This document shows, piece after piece, positions 38,811 through 53,045 of a stretch of DNA of 64,000 bases. The notes under the pieces were generated by a model that was given only the letters and a program-made list of their open reading frames with translations, searched no databases and had not been told where the DNA came from. Made by a program: the position numbers and the translations under genes. Source of the stretch: Anolis carolinensis (taxonomy: Eukaryota); contig NW_026943820.1 in the NCBI RefSeq assembly GCF_035594765.1, positions 5,216,647 through 5,280,646 on the forward strand, given 5' to 3'. Every line of letters starts with the position of its first letter. Within the stretch, counting starts at the first letter, position 1.

Positions 38811-39880
38811 GGGTTGCTGTCAGTTTTCAGGGCTGTATGTTCCAGAAGCATTCTCTCCTGACATTTCGCCCACATCTATAGCAGGTATCCTCAGAGGTTG
38901 TGAGGTCTGTTGGAAACTAGGCACATGAGGTTTACATATATCTGTGGAAAATCCATGATGGGAGAAAGAACTTGTTTGTTGGTTAGCACTAAATTGCCTT
39001 GCAGCTTCAAAGCTTGGCTACTTCCTGACTGGGGGCATCCTTTGTTGGGAGGTGTTAGTTGGCCCTGATTGATTCATGTCTGGGATTCCCTTGTCTTCTG
39101 AGTGTTAGTATAATTACTAATACAGTAGAGTCTCACTTATCCAACAAAAACGGGCCAGCAGAACGTTGCATAAGCGAATATGTTGGATAATAAGGAGAGA
39201 TTAAGAAAAAGCCTATTAAACATCAAAATAAGTTATGATTTTACAAATTAAGCACCAAAACATCATGTTATACAACAAATTTGACAGAAAAAGTAGTTCA
39301 ATACACATTAATGCTATGTAGTAATTACTGTATTTACGAATTTATCACCAAAATATCATGATATATTGAAAACATTGACTACAAAAATGTGTTGGATAAT
39401 CCAGAACGTTGGATAAGTGAGACTCTACTGTACTAATTTTTCCAAGTATTAAAAAGCTCTAAGTTTAGAGCTTTTTAATACTGGAAGCCAGATTTTGTTC
39501 GTTTTCGTGATTTCCTCCTTTCTGTTGAAATTGTCCATATGCTTGTGGACACTATTATTTATTTATTATTTATTTACTAAATTTAGATCCCGCTCTTCTC
39601 ACCCCGAAGGGGACTCAGAGCGGCTTACAAATCAAATGAACATACAATATATTATTAGCATAGCACAATATAAGCATTCAATTACTATATTCTACTATAT
39701 CATTATACACTACAGACTAACTCAAGAGAATACAGCCACAGCAGAGCACTTGATGAACCAACGTGGACACAGCATATTATTTAAGAACACTTAAATGCTG
39801 GACCACTCTAACAACCACCACGTCAAGACTATATAGAGAAGCCATTGAAATCCACAAGCATGTGGACAATTTCAACACTG
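38811..39880. mobile_element. Penelope-like fragments with nested MITE and L2-tailed insert (CYB5B intron 1)
   Basis: pLTR on minus at 38811-39105; GIY-YIG ORF remnants (TAEHLMNQRGHSILFKNT) on plus. Confidence 0.65.
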
Positions 39881-42800
39881 GGTATGCATACTCAGCAGCA
39901 GAGTAGCAAAACACAAGCAAAATAATAGTTATATAATAATAAAACTTTATTTATACCTCACCCCATCTCCCAAAAAGGGAGCCAGAGCGGCTTATAATCA
40001 TGAAAGAAAACATATTAGATAATATAAACAAAATACATAACATATCAAATTAAGATAAAACAAAAAAAATTAATGCAAAATACCAACCATCAAGAAACAA
40101 TGATTATGTAAAAGCACTTTGAACAACATTAAAAAATCCCAAACATTACTATAGTAAAATAAGCCACAAAATAACATTATTAGTAATATTATATTTATTT
40201 ATTTATACCATGCTTTATCTCTCCAGAGGGGACTCAAATTGGCTTGACATAAAAAGCATTAAAATATACAAATATTACAGAATTAAACACAAACAGCTCA
40301 AAAAATTTTCAGTTAAAATCCATCAAAATATATTTTCAGTTAAAAACCACAGTACTCCCTCACTAGATCTTAAACACCTTCCTGTTTATATGTTTTGTGT
40401 ATACAAAACTCTTTCAGTCTTGATGGCCAACTACTTAAATGATGTGTTTTCCCCTTTCCCAATATGTTTAATAGGACGGGCTATCACTGAGGCCCCATTT
40501 ACACGGCTATATCCAGATTACTTGCTTTGAACTGGATTATATGGCAATATAGATCCAGTCTGGATTTTCTTTTTTGACCAAAGACAGGGCAGTTAAAGTG
40601 TCAAAGTGTATCAGTTCCACAATGTAGATGCACCCAAGCAGCTCAACGGGTTAGAAGCCATTTGGTCAGAGTTTTGCAAGTCAATCAGTTGCTGGCCTGT
40701 TTGTGTGTCGATGGGTGACTACTTAAAACCAGTTTTGTTTATAGTGTGATGCAATGGAAGTGAAGACATTGGACTCTCGGGCGGCAGAGGCGCCTTGGAA
40801 TGAAGGAGACCTGGCCGCTCCGGAAAGATTCGCAATAGTTTCCTAAGTCGCCTTTCCTTTATTGTAGCCCTTGAAAGGCAATCTATTGGGAGCGCCCTTT
40901 GTCCTGGTGGAGAGCAGGGCAACATGCGCCAGATATACAGCTCAACTATACATCAAAATAAAACAGTATAATAAAACAATACTGCCGTAATGCGACAGAG
41001 AAATCAAGAGGGATTCAGCAACTGGGCCAAACTTTAAACATCTGAGAAAACAATAATACTTTGGTCTAGAGCCAAAAAGATTGTAATATTGGTAACCCTT
41101 GTACTTCTATGGTATGAAGACACATGATGTCAGTCTTTTAGTGAGGATGATGATGAATAGGCTCCATAAAGTAGGTTTATGATGTTGTAACCAACTCTGA
41201 TTAGAAAGGAGTATCTAAAATACCGGTATTCTGGGGCTGTGTCTACATTGTAGAATTGATACACTTTGGCACCACTATACCTACCTTGCTCAATGCTATG
41301 GGATCATGGGAGTTGTGGTTTTGCAAGACATTTAGCTGTCATTGTCCTAGAGTGTGGGGCCTCACCAAACTACATATCCCAAGCTTCCATAGCATTGAGG
41401 CATGGCAGTCACAAGTAGAGTCAAAATGCCTTGTGTATTTGGTGTGTATTGCCCTGAATCTCTTTTAAGAGAGAAAAAGAAGGATATAATTAATAATAAT
41501 AAAATAATAATAATAATAATAACAATAATCTAGTAATAATAATTTCAACAGTGTAGATGCCCCTTAGGCTGCAAAGTAAGAAAGTACAGTAGAGTCTCAC
41601 GTATCCAAGACTCGCTTATCCAAGGTTCTTGATTATCCAAGGCATTTTTGTAGTCATTGTTTTCAATATATCATGATATTTTGGTGCTAAATTCATAAAA
41701 ACAGTAATTACAACATAATATTACTGTGTATTGAACTACTTTTTCTGTCAAATTTGTTGTATAACATGATGTTTTGGTGCTTAATACATGACCTGCCTCT
41801 CCTTCCATCTCAAGGGCTAGAGCTGAACTGCATACATAGCCTTTGGGAACTCTTCCAACCACTGTATATATATACAGTAGAGTCTCACTTATCCAACACT
41901 CGCTTATCCAACGTTCTGGATTATCCAACGCATTTTTGTACTCAATGTTTTCAAAACCGTGATATTACGGTGCTAAATTTGTAAATACAGTAATTACTAC
42001 GGAGCATTACTCTATATTGAACTACTTTTTCTGCCAAATTTGTTGTATAACATGTTTTGGTGCTTCATTTGTAAAATCATAACCTAATTTGATGTTTAAT
42101 AGGCTGTTCCTTAATCCCTCCTTATTAACCAAGATATTCACTTATCCAAGGTTCTGCCGGCCCATTTAGCTTGGATAAGTGAGACTCTACTGTGGTTGTT
42201 TTGAGTCTCCTCCTGAGATGATAATAATATTTCTGCAGTCTTTATAATCTTTAAACCCACATTCATGACTTACATGAGCCCAGCAAAGAGCAATTTGAAA
42301 TTTTCCTGTTCCAGCTTTGCTTGGCTTGTGGCCTTCTACTCTTTGCTTGAAAATTGGGGGAAATATAGCTAAGTATAATACATAACCATGAGTGATATCA
42401 GTACAAGCAATATAAACATTTTGTCTCAAGTTCAGTTCTTGTAATTTAATCTGCTGCATCCCATCCCAATATCATAGAATCGTAGAGTTGGAAGAGATCC
42501 CATGGGCCATCTAGTCTAACCCCCTGCCTTGCAGAAAAAGAACAAAGCACCCCCAACAGATGGTCATCCGGCCTGTGTTTAAAAGTCACCAGGGAAGCAG
42601 CCTCCACCACACTCTGAGACAGAGAGCTCAATTGTTCCCATTTTGATCTAATCTTTCTTTCAACATAATACCTATCGACCCAAAAAAGGGTGGTCCCTTT
42701 TCTTTGCAGATGAGAATAAACTAAGGAATGAAGGCAAAAGGACACTATGCTCATGAAAGTCACTTGAGCAACAGGCCTGATGTGTGTTCTCCTCTCCCAG

Positions 42801-44164
42801 AAAGGCTGGCGGGATAGGTCTGTTCTTCACTTTGAAGTCTAAGCACAAAGAGAAAGGACAAAGTCAGTTGCTGGAGGCTTAACTGAAGTTGTTGCATTGC
42901 CTTGCCCTTTGCTGTCTTTCTGGGGAGAAATGTGAGGCCTGCCAGAGGGGTAAGCTGGTTGACGTCAATCGGGAGTGGCCCCCTTCACCTGCCCACAGAG
43001 CCTACCTTACTTCAGGGCCCCTTGAGGCTTGTCTGGGCCTGTTTTCCCAGCTTTGCCCCTTCCGACCCCATGAAAGACAGTGGAATTGACAACCTGGGGA
43101 CATTGAGCCCAACGTCATTCATTGCCGTCAACAGTCTCCTTTCCTAGGAGGCTCCTTTGCCCTGATATTGTCTTTGCCAGGGTCATACAACCAACAACAA
43201 CATGGGCAGTCGGTCTGTGTCCAGACACACTTTTATAATCTTGAAAAAGGAGTGTGACTTTCGAATCTTCTACAGAGCCCCCATATCCATGATTTCACTT
43301 CCTCCTTCCGAGTGGGATGGTTTCTTTGGGACTTTGCTAGGTCTACTGCTCAATTGCTTCCACGGAAGCTGCCATGGAGTTGCACTGGAGGACTTTGCAA
43401 ATTCTAAAAAGGTGCATCTGTATTGTAGAATTAATGCAGTTGACTCCAATTCATTCTTTCCCCGGAAGTTGACATGGAGTTGCACTGGAGAACCTTGCAA
43501 ATCCTTAGAGAGTGCATCTACGCTGTAGAATGAATGACGCCACTTTTACCTGCCACAGCTCAATGTTATGGCATCCTAGGAGTTGCCGTCGTATACCCAT
43601 GGGTTGTATCTACACCGTTGAATTAATGCAGCTAGACACGGCTTTAATGGCAATGTCTCAATGTTATAGGATCTTGGGATTTATAGTTTGGTGAAACACC
43701 AGCTGTCTTTGGCAGATAAGGCTCAAGACTTTGCAAACTGCAACTCCCAGGATCCCATGGCAGTCAAAGTGGTGTCAAACTGCATACATTCTACTATGTT
43801 GATGCACCCTAAGAATCTCTTCCAGTGCTATTCTGCAATATGCTGAGACCAGAAGTCTGGTTACTTAATGGCATTTGACATATTTGTGATTTTAGGAAGC
43901 TGTGATCCATCGGAATATATCCCCTGTGGATATGGGAGTCTTACTGCGTATAAATAACTCTATGTAAATGAAGTGCTGTTGGCCTCCAGTTTCACCACCC
44001 TTTTGAAAGCTGGGTTTCAAACAATGGCAGCAGCACTGATGTTGAAGGTCGCACCAGGAAGGCTTGGCATTTATTGGGTTATATATGTAAAGACTCCCTG
44101 TGTTTGGTCACTTAAGGTGGGGTCCTACTCTTGCTTTCTTATGTTCTCTGTTGATTCCTTTCAG

Positions 44165-44293
44165 CATCCCGGTGGAGAGGAGGTTCTCCTTGAACAAGCC
44201 GGTCAGGACGCAACAGAGAGCTTCGACGATGTGGGCCACTCTGAAGACGCCCACGAAATGCTCAAGCAATACCTCATAGGAGAAGTTCACCCG
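44165..44293 (+). CDS. CYB5B: CYB5B exon 2 (heme-binding HPGG)
   Basis: [43 protein letters not shown]. Confidence 0.97.
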
Positions 44294-44885
44294 GTGAGAC
44301 TCTCTGCCTCCTGTTGTTGTTGTTATTGTTATTATTATTTGAAACACAACAAGATGAGTCCACAGCAGACACTCTGCTGGCTGTTTTATTGGATCACACG
44401 TTGGACACTTCCCAAGTGTCTAGGACTGTGTGATGTATCAGCGAATAATGCGTGCAGATCCCAGTAAGGTGGCCTTCTGCAGCTGGCAGGTGGGGATTTT
44501 GTCAGCGCCAATTGTGTTTAAGTGTAGGCCAAGGTCTTTAGGCACTGCACCCAATGTGCCAATCACTACTGGGACCACCTTGACTGGCTTGTGCTAGAGT
44601 CTTTGTAATTCGATCTTTAAATTGTTGTTGTTGTTATTCTTATTCTGCTTTCCTCTCTTAAATGATGCTCAAAGAGGTTATTAGAATCCTAAAAGAGACT
44701 ACAAAGGACATCCACTCCAACCCCCTTCTGCCAGAAAGGACACCACCCAAGCCCTCCTGACAGATGGCCATCCAGCCTCTGCTTGTTGTAGAAGGCAGGG
44801 AAGGGCCTTCTCTTCATTTGTAGGAAACTACTTTCCTTCCAGAGACTTAACTATCTTTGCCTCTTCTTTTGCATTCTCTCCGCAG

Positions 44886-44912
44886 GATGACCTGAAGCCA
44901 GGCGGCTCCAAG
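44886..44912 (+). CDS. CYB5B: CYB5B exon 3 (27-nt microexon)
   Basis: long pyrimidine tract + CAG; DDLKPGGSK; donor AAG|GTAAGC. Confidence 0.9.
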
Positions 44913-45759
44913 GTAAGCCTCTTTTCATTCCCCTTGTAAGATGGAAGCGTCTGGGAAAAGGACATGAAGGCAGCCATTATCTTGCTGTTACTTAGGAGCA
45001 GGGAAGGGTCTTGTGGGCCGCAAACGCAATTTGGAGAGCTGTATCCCAAAGGTGTTTAAAATTTTGCTCTCAAATCATTCCTTATGTGTTCGACAATTTC
45101 CTGGCTATTTTCCCCTGTGGGATCATAAGACTAAAAAAAGTATTGGAGTGCAAAATGTAGACTCTCAGATGTTATGGAGTCCAAAACACCTGGAGGGTCT
45201 GAACGTTGGTTCCAAAATCAAGATACACGGAATCTTAAAAAATGTAAACAGTTACATGAGTTACCAAAGGCGTCAAAGATTTAAATCGTTTAAAACCACA
45301 AACGCCGAGGCTGGATTAGGGCAGCTGGAGTGAATCCAAAGGCAGGGGAAACTCTTTTGTGCCTCTGGGGTGAGCCTTTGAGCAGGAATGGCATCCTTCA
45401 AAGCTCTAGGAGGCTGGGGAAACCAGTGCAGCCCAGTGATCCCAGCGCCAGGTGAACCGTGGGTAATCATAATGCCTTGGCGGGAGCACTTTCCCACGTT
45501 TTTTGGGGAAGGCGCCTTTGTCTGTCCGAATCAACAGACTGGTGTGTTGCGCTGCCCAGATGCCCTGCGGATCGGATCAGCCGCTGACAAATGTTGGAGA
45601 AGGATTAAAACATTTCTCCCTTCGGGGCTTGAGGTATTGTCTTCTTCCCCAGTTTCATGTCAACAAAGGCTTGGAGCCAGGCCTTTTTGGACTCTGTCAC
45701 TTGAGAGACACAATCATAGAAGAGTTGGGACCAGATCTCCAGATCCAATGACCCATTTT

Positions 45760-46310
45760 TATATAATCCTAGAGCTGGAAGGGACCCCAGAGGCCATCCA
45801 GTCCAGGCAGAAGTTGACAGCATTAAAACCCTCCCGACAGATGGACATCCAGCCTCTAATTAAAGACTTCAGGAGGAGGAGACTCCATTGGACTCTTAGG
45901 AAATTATATTCCAAAAGAGTTGAAATAGACCCTGCAAAGGCCACCTAGTCCTAGCTCCCTCTGCCATAAAGGAAGATATATTCCGATCTCTCCCAACAGA
46001 TAGCCATCCAGCCTCTACATAGACTTCCAGAGGAGACCCCACTAGACTTTTAGGAGGTCTACATTCTTCTAGAGTTGAAAGGAACCCCCCAAAGGCTATC
46101 CAATCCCTTTCTGCTGGACAGGAAGGCATCAAAACCCGACAAATCTCCATCCAGTCATTACTAAAAGGCCTCCAGAGATGGAAGCTCTGCTGGACTCCTA
46201 GGAAGTCTATATTCCACTAGAATTGGAAGTGGCATCTAGCCTGATCCACTTCTGCTAGGTAAAAAAACACCATCAAAGCCCTCCTAAGAGATGGCCATCC
46301 AGCTTCCATT
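45760..46310 (-). repeat. Tandem array of CR1 3'-end-derived units (~130 bp)
   Basis: repeated (T)AGAG(C/T)TG(G)AA...GGCCATCCAG...CCCTCC..ACAGATGGCCATCCAGCCTCT; similar arrays at ~57970-58270 and ~59275-60250. Confidence 0.65.
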
Positions 46311-47122
46311 CAAGTGGCCCTTCCCTTTCCCCACCTGTCATCCATGGAGGCCCTGGTCAATCCCCTGCGGTCTCCCTCTGGAGTCCGTCCTAAAGGGCCT
46401 TGTGCAAAGGCAATACCAGCCTCTTAGGAATCTGTGTCCATACCTTACTGTGATTTATGGCCCTCCAAACAGCCTTGGCCCCTTGTTGTTCTTGCAAACA
46501 CACAGGCTACAGTTTCATGTGTAAAGCCGCCCAGATTGAGAGTTTCGCAGGGAGAGAGGAACTCATAAATAGATGTGTCTGCGAGGAGACGGGTGAAGCA
46601 GGGCTGGTTTTGCTCCTTGTTTCTTGAATGTAGGGACTGAGTGGACTTCCAGTGCCTTTTTATGCTTCCCCTTCCCCAGTTTGTTCTCTTTTAAAGACAC
46701 TAAAATGTGTCAGAGGAAGGTTCTTTTGCAAGAGAAGAAGCCCCAATCCCTTTTTACTCCACATATTTTGCTTTTGTGTTCTCCTTTCTGAAACAATGAC
46801 TATATCTCTACCTGAGAAGAGGTTTCAGTAAGTCAAGCGATGGCTTCCTCCATTGTTGTTAAAGCCATTCGCTCCAGAAAAGACTTAAGATCACAGACTG
46901 ATAAAACTAGAAGAGACCTTCAGGGGCCATCTAATCCAAAACCCTTCTGCCATAAAGAAAACACCATTGAAGCCCTCCCAACAGATGACCATCCAGCCTC
47001 CCTGGCAGCATATTCCATTTAGACACAGAGAGAAAAGCTGGCAACTATACAGATAGGAAAGCATGTTAGTTTTAATTGGAAAGGAAGATGGGAAATCTAT
47101 TTGCTCACCATTTTTTTGTGGT

Positions 47123-47362
47123 GGGTGCATCTACATTGTAGAATTGATGCAGTTTGGCACCACCTTAACCTTCATTATCTCAGTGCTATGGAGTCTGGGG
47201 AGGCCCCAGCATCTCTTGGGCAGAGAAGGCGAAAGGCTCTTCTAAAGTGACAACTCCCAGGATCCCATAGCATTGAACCAGGGCAGTTAAAGAGGTGTTG
47301 AACTGTGATAATTCCATAATGTACACACACCTCTGCTTTACATTCTACAGTATAGATGCACC
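47123..47362. mobile_element. Palindromic MITE (PIF/Harbinger-like), TIR GGTGCATCTACA
   Basis: GGGTGCATCTACATTGTAGAAT...ATTCTACAGTATAGATGCACC; related pieces at ~28190, 41235, 43410-43810, 53625-53970, 54505, 61200, 63410. Confidence 0.6.
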
Positions 47363-48901
47363 TATATTTGATTGCTGGTTTCCTAATGGGAAGGTTTGTA
47401 CTAGAATGGTCTCCTGTAGTCAGCAACGAAGTGGACCCTCCTCATGCAGACTAAAGTTTCCAGTGTCCCGGGTTTGCGTTTCTCCTTGGCCCTCGTCCCG
47501 CTCTTAAGACTGCCTTTGTGTCTTTTTTGTGTCTCCTCTCCTCTGCCAGGCCTAACCCAGGGTTGCCTTTTGCATGCGGGCCTCCTCTTCCTCTTCTTCC
47601 TCGCTTGTTCAGTGTTGGCTTTCTCTGCGTGCAAAACAGCTTCTGTGAGTCTCAAGCACTAACTCTCACCTTCTCCAAGCGAAATGGTCTCTGTGGGGCC
47701 TATTCCTCCTTATTTTCCCCTTGTTTTGCACTGTTGTGTAGGACTACAGTTCCCAGACCTCCCCTAAATTCTGAAATTGTTTGTCTTCCAACCTGCTTGC
47801 TTCTTCTCTCTCCAGCATTCATGACTGCACACAAAAATCAAGAATCCGAGGGGCCTGGTTGATCCTGGCCTTGGTGTTTAGTGATATGAGTTCACATTTG
47901 AGGATCTCATCTAGGTTCAAAGTCCTGGTGTTGTTCTACTTTCTGGATGAAAGCTTAGTGAGATCAGAGCCTTCTTGTTTGCTGTCTGCAAATAACTGTT
48001 TGAAGACTGAAATGCGACAGTGAGATTTAAAGGACTCAAGTTGGACACTGTTGTTATATTTGTTCATTGAGCAACTCATGGAGTCCACAGAGATGGAGGA
48101 CACTGTGGCCTCTAAGAACAAAGAAGCCTGTCTTGCATTATCTCCATGAGAAGACTCAGTCTCTATTTCTTTTCATTTTGAGACATTGGAAGTGCTCTTT
48201 GGAGCTCCTAAATGAACTTCTAGAAAGAGACCCATACTTGAAGTTGTTCTATGACAGGCATGTCCAAACTTGTGCCCTCCGGGTGTTTTGGACTTCAACT
48301 CCCACAATTCAACAGCCGGTAGGCTGTTAGGAATTGTGGGAGTTGAAGTCCAAAACACCCAGAGGGCCCAAGTTGGCACATGCCATTACTTCTGGACACT
48401 TGGGTTGAAGTACTTCCTCAATATAGACATCTTCTGAAGGCATGATGTGACCCATGGACAATAGCAGAAGTTGTCCCTCTTGGCCTCTGTGGTTGGCGTC
48501 TGGGTCAGACCTTTGATGCCTGGAGATGTTCCTGCTTTGGGTCGGCATCTGATCAGGAGGTGTTGCGCCAAAGAGGAAAGGGTTGCACCTGGAAGCATCG
48601 TGGGGTCTCTTCAATGTCTTAAAAGCGACACCAGACCCCAAGGCTTTGGCCCAGAGAACCTCAGACAGGGAAGTGGTGAATCTCTGCGAAAATGGAGGAA
48701 AGGGAAGAAGGAGAAAGAGAGAGCAAAAGGGAAGCTGTGGGGCTTTGGGACAACCGAGTTTGGAGAAAGCTAGAATGAACTTGTTCTCTGCTTTGTGGGT
48801 TCAGTGGATTCAAATGAAAGAAAAAAGTTCAATTTCAGCATTAGGAAGACCCTGAATCCCTTTTGGGATATGGTGGCGGGATATAAATTAAGTTATTATT
48901 A

Positions 48902-49685
48902 CAGTAGAGTCTCACTTATCCAAGATAAACGGGCCGGCAGAACCTTGAATAAGCGAAAATCTTTGTTAATAAGGAGGGAAGCCTATTCAACATAAAATTA
49001 CATTATGATTTTACAAATTAAGCACAAAACATAATGTTTTACAAGAAACAGACAGAAAAAGCAGTTCAGTACAGAGTAATGTTATGTAGTACAGTGGAGT
49101 TTCACTTATCCAACATAAACGGGCCGGCAGAACGTTGGATAAACGAATATGTTGGATAATGAGAGATTAAGGAGAAGCCTATTAAACATCAAATTAGGTT
49201 ATGATTTTACAAATTAAGCACCAAAACATCATGTTATACAACAAATTTGACAGAAAAAGTAGTTCAATACACAGAGTTATGTTGTAATTACTGTATTTAC
49301 GAATTTAGCACCAAAATATCACAATGTATTGAAAACATTGACTACAAAAATGCATTAGATAATCCAGAACGTTGGATTGAGGTTTTATTGGTATAATTGT
49401 TTTATTGTTGTATCATTGATATTTGATTGTTTTATCGGGCTAGGCCCCATGTAAGCCACCCCGAGTCCCTTCGGGGAGATGGGGCGGGGAATAAAAATAA
49501 AGTTGTTATTATTATTATTATTAGCGAATATTGGATAACTGAGACTCTACTGTAATTACTGTATTTACGAATTAGCACCAAAACATTGCAACATTAACTA
49601 CAAAAACAATGACTACTAAAATGCAGACTGCCTTGGATAATACAGAACCTGGATAAGTGAAGCTTGGATAAGTGAGACTCTACTG
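48902..49685. mobile_element. Three-layer nest: MITE inside MITE (49092-49552) with an L2-tail insert (~49377-49522)
   Basis: two TIR pairs with TA flanks; inner copy interrupted by stem-loop + AATAAA + (ATT)n. Confidence 0.75.
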
Positions 49686-51242
49686 TATTATTATTAAGCT
49701 GGAATGAACTTGTCCTTTGCTTTTGCTCCAGAGGACAGGATCCAAACCAGTGGTTCAAATGACTATAAAGAAAATTCTAGTTTCACTTTAGGAAGAACTT
49801 TATTTTATTTATTTAATCTCTCTGTATGTCCTTTTAGACATAGGTGGCCCTGAGTAAAGAGGCATATACTTTAGGTATATATTCCTTTGACACCAGGGCT
49901 CTGGACTAGATGTCCCATGATGTTTTCATCATCTCTGGTCCTATGACCTTCCCCTCCAGCGTCGCAAAGTATGTCACTTTCTCTGCAGAAGCGCTTTGAT
50001 CACATCGCCCAGCGGTAAACACAGGGCTCTTACTAATACTCCCGGCTTTCTCTGTCCTCTCTTCTGATGTCCCTGGTTTATGGTGAATAGCGACCCAAAT
50101 ATGCAACTTTGTCTTTATTGCCTTGGGTTGGGTTGATCCGTCGGCGCAGCAGAAGTTTCTGTTTGCTCAAAGCCCTGCTTGGTTGCAAAGGTGGCTCAAG
50201 GAAGCCGCTCGAAAGGGCCTTCAAAGCCATATCATGCCCCAGTAATTCAGAGATGGGGGCTTCGGTACCACCTTCCCTTTGGGATCTCTCTTACCACATT
50301 GTTCCATTTCTTTCTGGGACACAAAGGCCTTTTTGTTTGCCCCACTAAAGCAAAAAAAATTGCTTGACCCATATATACATATGTGGATGGATTCATTCTG
50401 TTTCACTGGCCTGTTCTGGTGCAGTTCTGCCAGTGTAGTGCACTATCAGAATGCTGGCCAATATTCAAAAGAGGTGGCTCCCAAGATTCTGGTATCTTAA
50501 AGGCTAAGGCAACTTTTCTCTTTCTCCAGTTTCCCTTGGACAGAACAGGGAGGATCATTGTGGCCTGCTCTGTTTGGAGTCAAAAGGAAGTGCCACGTAC
50601 CCCAAAACCCCCAAGATTTAATATCAAAACCAACTACAGAGGAACTAGAGAAGTTCCTCAAGTGTAAAGATAGATCGTTAATGCCAAATTCAGGTGCTTC
50701 CATGGCTGTGAAAGCTGGACAGGGAAGAAAGCAGAGAGGAAGAGAGTCACGTTCTGTGGCCATAATGGACAGCCAAATAAACTGACCAAGACTGTCATAA
50801 TTTGGACATACCAAGAGATAACATGACCCATTGGAAAAGACCATACTGCTTGGTCAGGTGATGGGATAATAATAATAATAATATCTTTCTCTAAGGTTCA
50901 AGATAGGAAAAGATGGTAAAATGCTTGTGGGTGGTTTGACCTTGTTGGAAGCCACAGTTGAGGATAAAGGGAGATCTTGGGGGGTCTCTCAGGGAACCCT
51001 AAATTGAGAAAAGAAAAGGCTTTTGGAGAAAATGCCATTCTGTTTCTATTGTCTGAATTGTACTGTTTTTGAAAACAGATATGTCTTTTAATACTTGAAA
51101 GAGTTTTTACATGTTGTTAGTAGTTTTGTGCCTTAAGCTGCCTTATGTCCCTGTTTTGGGGGAAAGGCAAGGCCTAAATAAAGTTAACCATCATTGTAAT
51201 CACCACCGGACATGACATCCCTGTTTCCCCTTTTCTTCCTAG

Positions 51243-51274
51243 GATCCAAACAAATCTCCTTCCAATGAGTCAAG
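51243..51274 (+). CDS. CYB5B: CYB5B exon 4 (32-nt microexon)
   Basis: pyrimidine tract + TAG; DPNKSPSNES; donor AG|GTAAAG; phase 2 fits exon 5. Confidence 0.88.
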
Positions 51275-51540
51275 GTAAAGTATTCTCTTAGTATAATAAT
51301 AATAATGATGATGATGATGATGATGATGTCCCAAACCTCCCCTCAAAGTAGTATGGTATTCTCTTGATATAATGATGATAATGTTCCAAACAAATCTTCC
51401 TTGAACAAGTCAAGGTAAAGTAGTCTTTTGGTATAATAATAATAATAGTAATAATAATGATGATGATATCATCATCATCATCATCATCATTAGCCAAACA
51501 AATCCCCCTAAAATGATCCAAGGTAAAGTATTCTCTTGAT

Positions 51541-52167
51541 GGGTTTCTGTGAGTTTTCCAGGCTGTATGGCCAAGTTCCAGATGCATTCTCTCCTGACAT
51601 TTCACCTCCATCTATGGAAGGCATCCTCAGAGGTTGTGAGGTCTGTTGGAAACTAGGCATGTGGGGTTTATGTATCTGTGGAAAGTCTAGGGTGGGAGAA
51701 AGAACTCTTGTCTGTTTGAGGCAAGTGTGAATGTTGCAAGTAGCCACCTTGGTTAGCATTGAAAAGCCTTGCAGCTTCAAGGTCTGGCTGCTTCCAGCCT
51801 GGGGGCATCCTTTGTTGGGAGGTTCATGTCTGGAATTTCCCTGTCTTCTGAGTGTTGTTCTTTATTTACTGACCCGATTTTAGAGTTTTTTTAATACTGG
51901 TAACCAGATTTTGTTCTTTTTCATGGCTTCCTCCTTTCTGTTGAAATTGTTGTGGATTTCAGTGGCTTCTCTCTGTAGTCTGACATGGTGGTTGTGAGAG
52001 TGGTTCAGCATTTCTGTGTTCTCAAATAATATACTTTGTCCAGGTTGGTTTATCAAGTGCTCTGCTTTGGCTGACTTCTCTGGTTGAGCTAGTCTGCAGT
52101 GCCTTTCATGTTCCTTGATTTGTATTTGGATGCTGCATTTGATGATCCCTATGTAGACTTGTCCACA
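51541..52167 (-). mobile_element. 5'-truncated Penelope-like element (GIY-YIG endonuclease remnant + pLTR)
   Basis: CGQVYIG...IKEHERHCRLAQPEKSAKAEH...HSHNHHVRLQREATEIH...NFNRKEE; flanked by direct repeat TATTCTCTTGAT (51529-51540, 52168-52179). Confidence 0.85.
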
Positions 52168-52389
52168 TATTCTCTTGATATAATGAAAACAATAACAACT
52201 GTCACAGTAAACCAAGTAATGCTTCCTTTTTAAGAATTAGAAAATTGTCCCACTTCCTCGATTTCTCTCCTATTATCTGTGCTGACTTTCCCTGGAGTCC
52301 TTTCACTTTGTATTTGGTGCATGCATATTCGTACATATATACATACATGCATGGTTTAACCTCTTTTTTTCCTCTCTCTTTTTTTGCAG

Positions 52390-52480
52390 CTTCTGGACGG
52401 TGTGGCTGATTCCCATCGTAGGGGCCGTGGTCCTGGGCTTGATGTACCGCTTCTATGTCATGGATGCAAAGTCCTCTTGA
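52390..52480 (+). CDS. CYB5B: CYB5B exon 5 (C-terminal membrane anchor)
   Basis: (S)FWTVWLIPIVGAVVLGLMYRFYVMDAKSS-stop. Confidence 0.95.
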
Positions 52481-53039
52481 TCCGTTGCGGGGAGCAGAAC
52501 GTAGGCTCTTGAAGTTTTGGCCGCCTCCGTCGTCCATCCATCACCCATTCTCCTCACCAAGGGGAACCCCGAGGGACCCACCATGACTTTGTTGTTGAGA
52601 ACACACAAAAAAGCATCCGCCTCCATTCCATGATTTGTAGTCGTTGACTGTGAGTCACTTCTCAGCCAGTATCCTTCCACTTTGTGCACAGTTCTAACCC
52701 ATCCAAGTATGGAAGGGTTAGGGGCACAGAGCTCCATGGAAGTGTGGTAACTACACATGAGAAAAAGCCTATTATTTTTTAACCTGAAAAAACAATCCTC
52801 TAGGAATTTCTAGGTTGTCCAGTATGAGGAGGTTATACTGGAGGGACTAGAATATTCCTAGGAAGGTTAAAAAGACATGTCACATAATCGAGAAGAAGCT
52901 CTGTTTTTCATCTTTCCAACTGCCTTTTCTCTGTTTCTGTGGTTTTAAAAAACGGTTAAACAGATCTGTATTTTTTCAGCAGTACTTTGGTTGATGTACT
53001 ACTGGTTGACTGTATGCCTTTTTAATCGGCCAGCTGTGT

Positions 53040-53045
53040 AATAAA
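53040..53045 (+). terminator. Probable CYB5B polyadenylation signal
   Basis: AATAAA followed by a GT/T-rich tract. Confidence 0.6.
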
